Assembly: GCA_030141605.1 (NCBI GenBank)
Contig: JAQGDQ010000717.1
Span: forward strand, 44,177-108,176
From: Tubiluchus corallicola
Lineage: Eukaryota; Animalia; Priapulida
Reading direction: 5' to 3'
DNA length: 64,000 bases
Under the pieces are notes generated by a model that saw only the letters and a list, made by a program, of their open reading frames with translations, searched no databases and was not told where the DNA came from. Every line of letters starts with the position of its first letter. Position 1 is the first letter of the stretch. Shown piece by piece: positions 13,086-25,800 of this stretch. Made by a program: the position numbers and the translations under genes.

Positions 13086-14099
13086 ATTTAGACTTAAAAG
13101 AGCAATTTGGGTTTTACTTTTAAAAGAAGATACGTCATCTTCTCATCTTCTCCCCGAATATATCCTGTACTGAAGCAATAGTAATTATATTTACAAGGAA
13201 GTATAAAATATACAGTACAGAATAAAACTTTCATAGATAAAAAACCAATTTATTATACAAACATTGTGTTTTAGCTGTTCTACGTGGTTTTTGAAATGAT
13301 CAGTAAGCAAATAATAAATGTAAAAGACAGATCTAAACTTTAAAACATTCGAAGTGACAAAATAATGTATAAAAAACCTTGTTATATTTATAAACTATAC
13401 TACTACAGCCATAAATTATAAACGAAACTCTCAATTTTTTATTTTAAAAATCAATTTATTAACTTTAAAGGAAGACCAGACGGTTGTTTAGACTCAATCT
13501 CATTTTAATTTGCTGTCCAAAATATATATTTTCTCGCCTATAAAAGTTAACTGTTGTTCGTTATATTTGAATAATTATTTTAGAAAGATAATTAACGGCT
13601 AACGGCAAAAGAAAACAGCTATTGCGTACGTCACAAACTAACCTCAGTTTGTGCAATGGCAAGCATCTTCCCTTGCACATCAAGCACATTTGCATAAGTG
13701 TTACGATACTGTTTAAACGCATGATGTCACGAAAATGGGCTATACATTATATGACGTCAGAAACACTTTAGTTCATGATCATGCTTATCACGGTACCGCC
13801 TTCTATTTGTCGGCCACGCACATGTGACAAAAAAGCGCTGCTGCCAATCTTAGTAGATTCACTGAGCCGCGGGTAGCTTTGAAAGTTTCACGAAATTTGA
13901 GAATCCGAGGTAATTATTATTTAATCTAAGCTTTGATTTACAAATGGACTTAAATTAATTGATTTTATACGGGCCTAGATGGTAAGGGAAATCAATTTAT
14001 ACTGTTAAATACATGAAGCTTCATGGAACCTCTGTATGTTATAATGCATACATCATACATGTATGTGAGTATGTGTGCATGGGTTTATCAAGACGTTAC

Positions 14100-15170
14100 T
14101 AGCTCGCTAGTCGTTAATTAAGGTTTTAATCTGTTATTTCATTATCAGAAACGCTTTTGAAGTATTAATTGTGTTGATACTTTTATAGTTCTTGAGAATG
14201 AGGTAGTATGTGAAAAATCATCCTGTCTTCCTTTGGACTTATCATTCTTCCCAAAGTAGAAAATCAAGAATATCGTTTAACGTACTTATTATACCTGCCA
14301 ACTTTTGACTCTTCATACCATCTACGCGCCACGATCTCAGGTACTCTGCTAGCAGATTAAAAGACGGTGCAGGGTCGAGGCCTCTTCAAATAATAAGTCC
14401 AAAAGAACTATAATAAATTAGCATTATAATTGGGATTATTAAATAACTTTACTAAACTTCGGGAAAGGCTGAGTAGCACTTTTACTAGACGAATCTCTTT
14501 GGGAATGTTTCCTCGTTAAATATTTTGCTTGAATATGGAGCCGCGCGAGAATATATTTTGGAATCAATTTGCACAAAACATCATGAAACTTCTAATCTTC
14601 AGTATCACTCATTTTTGCTAAACTCGCTTTGCAAGTTGCGTCCAAAATTTCATTGACTCATGTCAAGAAATGAGTCCTGTGGAAATATCAATCCAAACAC
14701 TGTCTCGGTAGTTGTTGCAGTATGCAACACAGGCTTTGAAGGGTGCAAAAGTTTCTCCTTTTGATTTGACTTTAATAAAATAAGGTTCATGTGTTATATG
14801 CCTCTTTGACAATGAGTTCGTTGGGACTACCGCTACAACTTGCCCAGACATGGCGGACAGCAGATCACGTGATTTTCCGTCTTTTGAAGATGCCTTGAGT
14901 ATACTGTCGATATAAGTGTTCCTGAGACAAAAGGTATATTGATAGATACAAAGAAAGGCTTCCAAATAAGGTTGCAATGTATTTTTCGTTTTACTTTAAT
15001 ATTTAATCCATTATTATCGAATATTCCTGTAAATCCCAGTGAAGAGCTTCCTAGGTCGCAATTTGTTAGCCAATGTCGCTTAATTAATTAATTAAAGCAG
15101 CAAGCGACAGGGTGCGCTTCTGATAGAAATCTTCCCGCCAAAACTAAGACATCACACAATAATATTCCTC
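14100..15170 (-). pseudogene. Decayed THAP-domain transposase-like remnant (Kolobok/P-like)
   Basis: Minus strand reads ACVAYCNNYRD...IS*HESMKFWTQLAKRV...FCAN*F. It is followed by the same segment that follows the 6870 THAP-like remnant. 15035-15170 loosely resembles the subterminal block at 20266-20415. Confidence 0.42.
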
Positions 15171-15344
15171 CACATGCTCATGTTGTACAAAGCAAACTTC
15201 ACATGCAAAATCCGCGTTCCGATTACACAGTAAATCATGTTACCAAATTTTTCTCTAAAATAATAATCACATTTTTCATAACTGAAACGTACACAAAGTT
15301 TTTCACATTAAAAACAAACAAATGAAAGTTCTGCACTTTCGAAC

Positions 15345-15665
15345 ACAGCGCGTTTTCACATCTTATAATCTTGAACTCTTGAATGACATGCTATGATGGC
15401 GTCACAGAGCACACTGCGCATGATGACCGTACTTTTACACAGCGCGTTTTGTCTACACGCTATTATGGCGTCACGGAGCACACTGCGCATGATCACGGTA
15501 ATTCCACACAGGGCGTTTTGTCTACACGCTATGATGGCGTCATAGAGCACACTGCGCATGATCACGGTAATTCCACACACCGCGTTTTGTCTACACGCTT
15601 TGATGGCGTCACGGAACACGCTACGCGAGAACACCGTACTTTTACACAACGCGTTTTACCTACGT
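15345..15665. repeat. 69-bp minisatellite, about 4.5 units
   Basis: gtctacacgc recurs at 15451, 15520 and 15589. The same unit occurs once near 17538-17600 and about 3 times at 18967-19165. Confidence 0.92.
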
Positions 15666-17422
15666 GATATGATCAAAGAACAGTTACCGCAAAGAGTACA
15701 GAGAAAGACCTACTGCGCAGCAGTTCGCGCAGTTAGTGTCGCCCTAGCGGCACAGCAGTACGGACTTTTGTTGTCAGTTACGCTACAGCGCAAGCTGTTC
15801 GCGCACGGCGAACTGTAGCAGATGAATTGATGATGGCCGGTCGACAGGTGCTCATAAATTCCTTAGCAGTGAGTTGCAAGGCCTACATCTGTCTTTGGCG
15901 ATTTATAGCAGCTGTAATATTTTTGACCATTATTTAAAGCAAGCATCAGTGCATAAGGCACTAAGAATAATTAGTAGTTAAAATAAAAAAACTATTATAT
16001 TCAGGTCTCATGAAAATTAGTATGCTTGTTTACGAAGTTGATCATAAAGAAAGTTTGCAAACACCTGGCTCATGTAGTGTTCTATATCTGTAGAAATATG
16101 TTTTCTAAAAGAACTTTCCCATTTAATGTGTCCCATTTCTTCAGAAGAGCAAATAATTTTTCCAGAACAAAACTTAATCTAAGCATCTGCATGTTTTGTT
16201 AATTCCAAGTTAAAAGATTGGCCTTTGTTATGAGATGGAGTTGGTTATAAAATCACGTTGAACAAACGAAGAAGCATTTACGACATTACTCCTCTTTTTT
16301 ATTATCAGTGAACAAAAAATAACAAAAGGAAACATCAGAGCTGTCATCCTAAGCAGCTGACATTACTTCCACCTCTATAACAACCAACTAACTAGGTCAA
16401 AATCAAGATACAGAATTCAGGTGAGAAGCCAACCTGGCGCATAAATTAGAATCGGCAGGCGGGTCATGTGTAGACGTCACTTATATTTAGCTTATTTTTT
16501 AAGATTCAGTTAGGCTTATGTCAAAATAAATGTTCATTATATATAGTTTGTTTACGTGTAAAAATGTACTTGTATAAGCGTACTAATAAAACACCTGTAG
16601 CTAAACCCAACCACAGACAAGGCTTGATAAATAATTTATTAATCGATGGGCTTAAATTAATTGATTTTATATTGGCGTAGTTACTAAGGGCAATCAATTT
16701 ATATTGTTAAATACATAGGCACAGCTTCGTAGAATCTCTGTATGTAATTATGCATACATCATACATGTGAGTGTGTGCATGGGTGTACCAAGACGTTACG
16801 ACGCCCAAGGCTGGCAGTTCAGTCCTACTCATCTCTACTACTGTACTCTCTATTTATATATGAAGTACTGCATGCAATTACTTGTGTGCGTGCTTGCGTG
16901 TACGCGTTATTTATATACAAACCTACAAAATAACCTGTGTAATTATATAGATTAATTGCAGGGCACATAATGGGTGCAATTTTTAACGTGCCAAATCCGC
17001 CACGTCGCATTGGAGTAAAACGACCAAGAAACAAATGGCAGAACCTTCAACAAAATGAAAAGAAAAATCTCTGTCCCTCCTTTCTGTCTCTCTTCCTCTC
17101 TCTCTTTCTTTCTCTCTCCCTTCTCGTCCTTCCTCTATGAGAGGGAGGCAGAGAAAAATCAGTAAATAAATAAAAATGCATTAGTTTTTTACATAGTAGC
17201 AGCCCATCGCCTAGCTAGCCTCTTTCCTCAGGAAATACAGTAAAATTTCACTTACAAGAAAACTGAAGAAGTATTTGCAAGTACGTAATTCAAACTTGTT
17301 GCTACAAGTGTTTTCGTTTTCATGAAATGTTTTTAGTTTTTTTTAAATAATAATTGCCCTTAAGCTTTCTTCTTTTATTAAAAACGCAAAAGTGATTTTG
17401 GCTCATCACAATTGCGCGCATT

Positions 17423-19965
17423 CCAACACTATTGGTGGACTAAATAAATAAAATTACATTCTATGCGCGGCTCAAAAGTTTTTAATCATCCGCCGTTTGA
17501 TGCCGCCAGCGTAGCCGCTTAGCGCAAAAACGCAAGAGCGTCACAGAGCACACTGCGCATGATCAGGTAATTCCACACAGCGTGTTTTGTCTACACGCGG
17601 AATTCTTTCGCGCGAATTTGCGCAAAACTTTGCTATGCAAATAACAGTTTGTGTTTTCGCGCTAGAGATCTGAAACGTTTTAAATTGTTTAGTGATTTTA
17701 TTTAGCAAATTTATTTATTGTTTAGCAAAATTTAATTAGAATCTGCATAAACTGAATGCAACTCTAACTGTGAAGTAATGCTTATAAATTTATTTATTTA
17801 TTACCTTAAGTTTATTTCAGTACATAAAAATGTCACATAAATGTTAAAAATTACCCTAAAAACTAAAAAATACTACATGTCATGCAGAGTTAAAAGAGCT
17901 ACGAAAATATGTAAAACATAAAACAAAATATGATAAAAACATTATGTGAAATTTAACAAAAAGAATCTGTTAAAAAAACCAGCAGTTACTACATCAATAA
18001 ATCATGCGATCTTCTAAATATTCTTCTATAAATATAAAATTGCACATCAGTTTGGTTGCTTTTATAATTTACAATAAAATTTGCTGATCCATTCATTCTT
18101 GTTGTTATACTAGGCAGAGTGATATAACCGTACTTAAAAATGTTCTATATTATTTTTCACACATGTTGAGCTATTGTAGACGTGTTCACTAGAATGGCAC
18201 GATTTGTGCAATTCTTGCAGTGGTTAATATTTGCAACAATTCTTCACTCTCATCCTTAATAAGATGATGTAGTTGCTATATTATTATAGTAGAAAAAGCT
18301 TGTGTGTTACAGCCTGTATTGACTTCCAAGAATTCGTTTTCCGTCGTATATGCACTGTAACATTCTGTATACATATTTCACTCATATTTGTTTTTACCTC
18401 ATATCCATAGTTCTATTTTTTTGTATTATCTGCTTTTAATATTCAGTTTTGTATGTGGAAATAAAGAGATTTATTAATCATCAATTTTTCAAGCTTTTAA
18501 CAAACGTTATTAAAAAAACTCGTAAAAAAACACACTGTTATAATACAGAATAAATGTTAGCTGCTTAGAGTTTCCTTTTGCACTCAACAGATAGCAGCAC
18601 TAAGCTAATAATCAGAACAGCTTAATAGACGCGCTGCTGTTTTGCCATCGTCACGTGTTTGATCGACGTGCATCATCAAGTTCAGTTCACGGCAAGCAGG
18701 TAAATACAAACGCACGTCTAGAGACACGGAAAAATCCAAATTCTTTTCAATTCACATTTTCATTTCAGACCTTACATACATAAAAGATATAATAAAAAAT
18801 AATAATAGTAATAATAATAATAATAAAGACTTGTCAGTCTCGCTGATTTATGCCAACACTATTGATTGACTTAATAAGTAAAATTACAGTCTTTGAGCGG
18901 CTGAAAAGTTTTTAATCATCCGCCGTTTGATGTCGCCAGCGTAGCCGCTTAGCGCAAAAGCGAAAACAGAGCACACTGCGCATGATCACGGCAATTCCAC
19001 ACAGCGCGTTTTGTCTACACGCTATGATGGCGTCACAGAGCACACTGCGCATGATCACGGTAATCCACACAGCGCGTTTTGTCTACACGCTATGATGGAG
19101 TCACAGAGCACACTGCGCATGATCACGGCAATTCCACACGCGCGTTTTGTCTACACACTTTAACGCGTCACGGTTTTTGTGGAATTCCTTTGCGCGAATT
19201 TACGCAAAACTTTGCTATGTAAATAACAGTTCGTGTTTTTGCGCTAGAGATCTGAAATGTTTTAAGTTGTTTACAACTAATGATTTAATAAACTAAATTT
19301 AATTAGATTCTGCATAAACTGAATACAACTCTGACTGTGAAGTAATACGCATAAATTTATTTTATTTCCGAAAGTTTATTCCAGTACAGGACTATTGTCA
19401 TATAAAAGTTAAAAATTACCCTAAAAACTAAGAAATATTACACGCCAGGCACAGTTAAAAGAGCTACGAAAATACGCGAAAAATAAAAAAATAAGAAATA
19501 TAAAAAACAAAGAATCAGTTATATTATTATAGAAGAGAAAGCTTGTGTCTTATCTTGTAGTAAACATAATTGCAATAGCAATTACTAGCAATGCCTTTAA
19601 ATTATAAAACGCTGCAGGTAAGATAGAAAATACGAGCCTGTATTGACTTCCAAGACTTTTTTCCGCCGTATATGCACTGTAACATTCTATATACACATTT
19701 CGTTCATACTTGTTTTTACCTCATTTCCATAGTTCTATTTTTTTTGTTTTATCTGCTTTTAATATTCAGTTTTATATGTGGAAATAAATAGATTTATAAA
19801 TCATCCATTTTTGAAGCTTTTGTCAAACGTTTATTAACTTTTACAAAAAACTTGTAAAAAAACATGCTGTAATAATACAGAATAAATGTTAGCTGATTAG
19901 AGTTTCTTTTTGCACTCAACAGATAGCAGCACTAGGCTTGTAATGAGAACAGCTTAATAGTCGCG
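17423..19965 (+). repeat. Local tandem duplication of about 1.1-1.2 kb (17423-18635 and 18853-19965) carrying the 69-bp unit
   Basis: Shared start caacactatt...aaagtttttaatcatccgccgtttgatg.cgccagcgtagccgcttagcgcaaaa and shared end ttgcactcaacagatagcagcacta.gct..taat..gaacagcttaatag.cgcgc. Confidence 0.88.
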
Positions 19966-20259
19966 CAATTTTGCCCTGTCTTATTTATATGTGGATGAAA
20001 TCAACGTTATCAAAAACTCATTAGGTAATTAACAATAAGAACCCATTTGCATTTCTGGCTACTTGGCTGACTGAGTAACTGCTCAATTCAATTGAAACAC
20101 GCACACACGCACACACGAACGCGCGCACACACAAACGAGCGAATGAACACATGCACACACGTATATACTGACTAATCGCGATGACTAATATACCGCTATA
20201 CCCCAATGTTGGCTTTGACATAGCTACGAAGCTTGTGCTATTTCGCAGTTTTTCCCCGC

Positions 20260-20421
20260 GAGAGGCGCAAAGAGCGCTTCATGACTTTTCCCACAGGGCA
20301 CAAATAAGTTAATTACTCATTAATTAAGCAACGCAGCGCTAAAAATTTTCTGCCGAATTACTGTCGGGTAAGTCAGTTGTAAAACATGCCCAACTTGATT
20401 TTCGTGATATCCCTCCTTTAA
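20260..20421 (-). mobile_element. Kolobok-like transposon terminus abutting a TTAA site
   Basis: ...caacttgattttcgtgatatccctcct|TTAA (20418-20421). The reverse complement aligns by eye to 3736-3885. Confidence 0.55.
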
Positions 20422-21345
20422 GATGAAGACAAAGATTGCTCTCAAAACTTGGATTCCAAAACTTGAAAAATACGCTAATACTCCAAGCAAATAGTGGTAG
20501 AGACACTTATTTTCTTTTCTTGGGAGTGCAAATATTTAGCAAAGCTAATTTTGCAAAGAACAGAGAAGAGCTAACATCTTAAAGCTATTAGTGGTAGAGA
20601 GCGCCTATTTTCTGTTCCTGGCAGAGCAAATATTTTTCAAAGGAGAGAAAGTTTGAGAACAGTCTGCCCCTGGGAAGAGCAAATAATTGTCGAAACAATT
20701 ATCGGGCGAGAGCGCATTCTTCTACCTGAGTAAATATATTTTTGCAATGGAAATTTTCAAAAGAACAGAAAGTAGGAGAGCACTCACCCCCTGGGAAGAC
20801 CAATTAGATGCACAGAGCGCTTATTGTGTTCTAGGAGTGTAAATGTTTGGCAAAGCTCATTTTTTAAATGACAAAAGGTTTGGGAGCACTCACCCCCTGG
20901 GAAGACAAATTAGATGCACAGAGGGCTTATTGTGTTCTAGGAGAGTAAATGTTTGGCAAAACTAATTTTATAAGTGACAAAAGATTTGCGAGCACTCACC
21001 CCCTGGGAAGAGCTTAGAACTGTTTACCTTTGAGATGACTGTCTTTTCTTTCGAAAATAAGCTCAAGACGCCCTGACATTATTCCATCGTTTTGTTCTCT
21101 TAGCACCTGGGAAGCGAAAGGCATGCGACCCTGGGAACAGAGAAAACTGCTTTACAGGGAATCTTCCCGGGATTATTTGAACGTCACGCTGAGTCACAAG
21201 CGCCATTTCAATTTTACCTGTAAAAAAATTCTTTTCCGAGTAAAAAGTGGTGAAAATTTTTCACCAACATGTTCGTTTTGCAATTTTAAATTTTATGAGC
21301 TAAGAATCTGCAAAGTGCATGTTCCATTTTAATGTGTCTTACCGC
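20418..21345 (+). repeat. Copy 2 of the dispersed family (internal ~105-120-bp subrepeats), followed by (AAT)n at 21346-21405
   Basis: gagcactcaccccctgggaagac recurs at about 20778, 20885 and 20990. Nearly colinear with 56500-57280. Confidence 0.88.
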
Positions 21346-21405
<60 letters not shown>

Positions 21406-21519
21406 CCTGTAGGCTTAAAATACATAAAAATATATTAATAATAATAATATTAGATGCTGATTTTAGATTACATTACCTAAACATATATTATTGACTTTAG
21501 TTACAGAAAATTATAGAGC

Positions 21520-22630
21520 ATCATGTAATCAGAGACTTCATTCAGAATTTGTAAGATCAAATGACTTAGTTTGGGAAGACAATAGTGTACCTAACGGTTA
21601 CACATATTGTAATGAAGCTTTAGGCCACTACACGTATATTGATTATGTAAATTCCTCGATTGAAATATAATCTAGAAAATATGATGGTATTAAATGATGG
21701 TGGTAATTTATCAGATAACTTTCCAAATGAACTGGCTATAAATGTTAACAATGTACTTAATAGAGACAGTACCTATAAATCTAAAAAGCACACGTACATG
21801 AAATAGAAAAATATTGATTTACAAAGATATCAATCTTAAATTGAAACCAATTTAAGAAATGTGTGTGTCCCATTGCATTTACTAAGAAACTGCCCTAATG
21901 AATGTAATGATCTAGAACATCGTAAGACGTTAGACATCTTTGATGCAAATATTGTTCAAGTACTTATTAAGGCTGGCATAACTGCTGTTCCTTTCTGTCC
22001 CCCCCCCCCGGGTTTACAGAAGCACTGGTGGAATAGAGAAATTTTCTGTACTAAAACAGGAATTGATTAATGCTCACGTTGTCAGGGTCATGTAGACACT
22101 TACGTGAAATGCTTAAATCTGCGAAAAATATGGTATAGAATGGAGTATCTCATTTAATCCTAACAAAACATGGCTTCTTTATTTTGGCAAAAGCTTTACT
22201 GGAGAAGGTGTAATCTGTTTTTGCGGTAAACAACTGATCTGGAAACAGACAATAAAGTATTTGGGTTGCGATATTGTGACAAGTGATAGTTTTTCTATTG
22301 ATGTTTCAAGATTAAAAAAGAAATTCATTGGTTTCGTGAATAATATTCTCTCATGTATGCGCCATTACCGTAATGAGATAGTAACTAAAGCTCTGATCAA
22401 TACATACTGTCTACCCATTTTACTATACGGATGCGAAATTGGGGGTATATCAAACAATGAAGTTAATGCCGTTAGGGTAAAATGGAACACTGCTTATAGA
22501 AAAATATTCGGTTTTAGACAAAATGAAAGCGGAAAATAGTTAATTTATTTTTGTGGCACAATGCCTGCAAATTATTTAATAGATAGTCGAAAATTAAACT
22601 TTGTGAGAAAAATTAAAGCTCTTGCACATT
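21520..22630 (+). pseudogene. Decayed, internally deleted LINE (APE end plus RT C-terminal fragments)
   Basis: GYTYCNEALGHYTYIDYV and NLSD.FP (APE end). FNPNKT, IKYLGC and TYCLPILLYGCEI (RT thumb). Confidence 0.75.
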
Positions 22631-23036
22631 GAGAATTCCAAAGCCATGCTACTATGTAAATAACAGTCAAGTAAATTTACCCAGTGACGTAATGAAAATT
22701 ATAAAATATGAGGAGATAGCAGACGACCCTATTAACAAAATAAAGGAACTATTTGAATTCGTAAGACTTTATTACACAGAAAATATTGACAAATACCTTA
22801 AGAAGAATGCCCTAGCAAAGACAGGCAGAGAAGGTGGACTTGGTACAAATAGTAACAACTCTACAAAAACAGCAAACGCTTGGAAGAACAAACTAACTGA
22901 GTCAGAAATACTCATGATTGAAAAACAATGTGGAGAATTTTTGAATCGCGCTGGTTACAAATTTATGCAGATGAAAGACAAGTCCTACATACGACTTCTG
23001 CGAAATTTAAAAATAGCAAATGGATATATTCGGTAA
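22629..23036 (+). pseudogene. C-terminal part of a carbohydrate sulfotransferase (CHST1/3/4-like, Sulfotransfer_1 family). 5' part not found in the window
   Basis: KIIKYEEIADDPINKIKELFEFVRL matches RYEDL..DP....Y.F.GL. TANAWKNKLTESEILMIEKQCGEFLNRAGY matches W...L....+..++..C...+...GY. The frame is open to a stop at 23036 and abuts a LINE fragment at its 5' side. Confidence 0.78.
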
Positions 23037-23218
23037 ATCTATTTCTCCTAAAACAAAACATGTTGCATACATTTTAGGTGTGACCTCTATGTCCTGATGC
23101 AGCAATACATAACTGCATTAATGTTACGATACAAAAGCATGTTACGTAGAATGATGTGATCATTATAATTATTTTTCTCCTATAGTAAATGATTTCACAA
23201 AATGAAAATGTACTGAGA

Positions 23219-23372
23219 ACAGCAAACAACAACAACAAGAACAACAACAACAACAGCAACAGCAACAGAGGCAGCAACGGCAACAGCAACAACAACATCA
23301 ACAGCAGTTGCAGCAGCAGCAGCAGGAACAACAGCAACAGCGGCAGCAGCAGCATCAATAACAACTATGATA
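23219..23372. repeat. (AAC)n/(AGC)n compound microsatellite
   Basis: Directly visible. Confidence 0.93.
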
Positions 23373-24368
23373 ACGGACTGCCGGGAAACCGCATATATAT
23401 TCCTGAAGTTAAATTTAATTTTCTGTGTCTATAAAATCGTCCCTAAATTCTCTAGCATTTTTTCTAATTAATGAATTTTCCTTTAACTACAGTCTTATAA
23501 TATAGCCTTGAATGTTAAATTAGATTTGCTCTTAGTCTAGGTCTGTATGTAGTTTCAGACCATACAAGTATGCATTGCATGAAGCCCAGTATTTAGATTT
23601 ATTTATGAAGGAAAAGTTTATATAAGGTCGCTCTACCTGAGCAACGAGGACGACTCTCTTAGCTTTCACTGGCTATTAGAGCAAGTCCCCCCGTATAGGC
23701 CTATAGTGCTAAATTATAGATACAGTTATGGTGTACCTAAGTTGAATTTATGTTACGCCTATTATGCTATTTGTAATATTTATGTAATTGGTTATATGTA
23801 AGTAAACATTTATGATAGTTAACTAACACGATATATTTGTGAAATTTGAAACGTGAGGATCAAACTATAGATTGTGAAGCATGTATTATCAATGAATTGA
23901 ATGAACAATTATTTGTTTTGTTGTAGCCACATTTTAATCAAATCTTGTCTGTCTTTTACTGTTAATTTGTGAACATTTGAAACAGGAAGCACGAATGACT
24001 AAATAAAAATGATTAAATGTTGAAAGTAGTGAGACACAAACAATTAAAGAAATACATATCGAGGTTTACTTTAAAAATGGACAATCGAATAACCCTATCT
24101 TAACGACAATCATAAAAAGATTTCTGGCAGTTTCAGTCCTGTTACAAATAGATAACCAGGTTAACGTAAGAATAGGTTTCAACCGTGAGCTTTATTAACA
24201 TAAAAACCATATACAATCAAACAAATTTTCGATACGGACTATGCAATTATTACCAGCACCGCCCTCGGTCCCGTTCTCTAGAAATAAGAGGTATAAGTTT
24301 TCAAAAAAAACGGCCAAAACGGCCATTTTTACAGATGTTTCGCTTCCCGTTCGTCCCCCAAAATAAAC

Positions 24369-24495
24369 CGGGTGGCGTAGCTCAATGGCGTCCCTAGCGT
24401 GATCGCTTACCACCCGGGAGATTGTGGGTTCAACTCTCGACCGAATCCTGTCAAAGACTTGAAAAATGGTGCCGCCGGTTCTTCGACCAACCACT
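24369..24495 (+). mobile_element. tRNA-derived SINE head with a conserved central domain
   Basis: Pol III box A TAGCTCAATGG (24378), box B GGTTCAACTC (24427), then AAAGACTTGAAAAATGGT, which also follows box B in the copy at 33766. Confidence 0.75.
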
Positions 24496-24519
24496 GAAAA
24501 GGCTTCTACCTCTCTGAGA

Positions 24520-25135
24520 CGAGACCCTGCAATAGAGGAAAAGCAAAAGAGAGCACAAGAATGTAGTGTGTCAACCTCTAGTAGAATTGATACACACAGA
24601 CTTTTGATTCCGGATTTGGTTAGTCATCCTATATATTCAAATAGGAGGGCGCCTCTTCGTCAACTGTAAAGAGATTCCTGGACAAAGGCCAGAATATCAG
24701 GTCATAAATTGGCTATTGAAATTGGCAGGTGGAGGAATACACCTAGGCAAAGGCTGTTTTGCGACTGCTGTACTAACGAACCAAGGCCTGTTCAAGACGA
24801 AGAAGATGTTTTGTGAAATTGTGCGAAGTCTGACCCGATCAGACAAGTACCGCGGTTCTCTAATATTGATGTGTCAATATTCAGGCATAACCATAGCCAA
24901 TCTATTGTGGACTATATTCATCGGTGCTTTAAGTGTTTTGCACAAGACTCACTGTTTCTTGTTGAACTGATAATGTAATGTAAAAGATGTTAATTATGTT
25001 AAATGCCCTTTAGCACTTTTACTATCGTCAATGTATGGAGAAAATTTGGACCAACTTATTGTGTTATTCATGCATTTACCCTGATCATAGTGTAATCATA
25101 GTTCTTGGTCAATAAATTACATACTTATTTACTTC
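24520..25135 (+). pseudogene. 3' end of a CR1/L2-group LINE
   Basis: Reads ARISGHKLAIEIGRWRNTPRQRLFCDCC...VQDEEDVL*NC (typical ORF2 C-terminal zinc knuckle region), then AATAAA and a (tactt)-like tail near 25110-25135. Confidence 0.75.
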
Positions 25136-25247
25136 CGAATATTCATCATCAAAAGTGCTACAATCATAGCTGGCAACGACCCTTTCTAGCAAATCTTTAC
25201 CTTGCTCAGGCGTTTTAACTTTTCTTACAAATTTACGTTTTTTTCGT

Positions 25248-25800
25248 AATTATTCCGATTATCATTATTTTAGTTGATGACATCTTTATTCCCACTATCA
25301 TTATTTTGCTTGATGACATTATTATTCCCACTATCAATATTTCAGTTGCTGATATTGTTATTCCCACTAACATTATTTCAGTTGCTGACATTGTTATTCC
25401 GATTATCATTATTTTAGTTGATGACATCTTTATTCCCACTATCATTATTTTGCTTGATGACATTGTTATTCCCACTATCAATATTTCAGTTGCTGATATT
25501 GTTATTGCACCGCTATCATTATTTCAGTTGCTGACATTGTTATTCCCACTATCATTATTTTAGTTAACGGCATTTTATTCCCAGTATCATTATTTTAGTT
25601 GCTGACATTGTTATTCCCACTATCATTATCTTAGTTGCTGACATCTTTATGCCCACTATGATTATTTTAGTTGCTGACATTGTTATTCCCACTATCATTA
25701 TCTTAGTTGCTGACATCTTTATGCCCACTATGATTATTTCAGTTGCTGACATTGTTATTTCCACTATCATTATTTTAGTTGATGACATTTTAGTCCCACA
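25248..25800. repeat. 36-bp minisatellite, about 15 units
   Basis: Consensus ttattcccactatcattattttagttgctgacattg, head-to-tail with no spacers. Confidence 0.95.

Noticed and set aside
15345-15665. 69-bp repeat as CRISPR (repeat plus spacer period) or as a Cys/His-repeat protein
   Set aside because: The whole unit is conserved, so there are no spacers. It is open on both strands and has no splice or start context.
24369-24445. Functional tRNA gene
   Set aside because: Boxes A and B are present, but I could not form a good acceptor stem or cloverleaf, and it runs into a core shared with a second degenerate copy, which indicates a SINE.
25248-25800. 36-bp repeat as a CRISPR array or repeat protein
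   Set aside because: Units are head-to-tail with no unique spacers, there are no cas genes, and the context is eukaryotic. The ORFs exist only because 36 is a multiple of 3.
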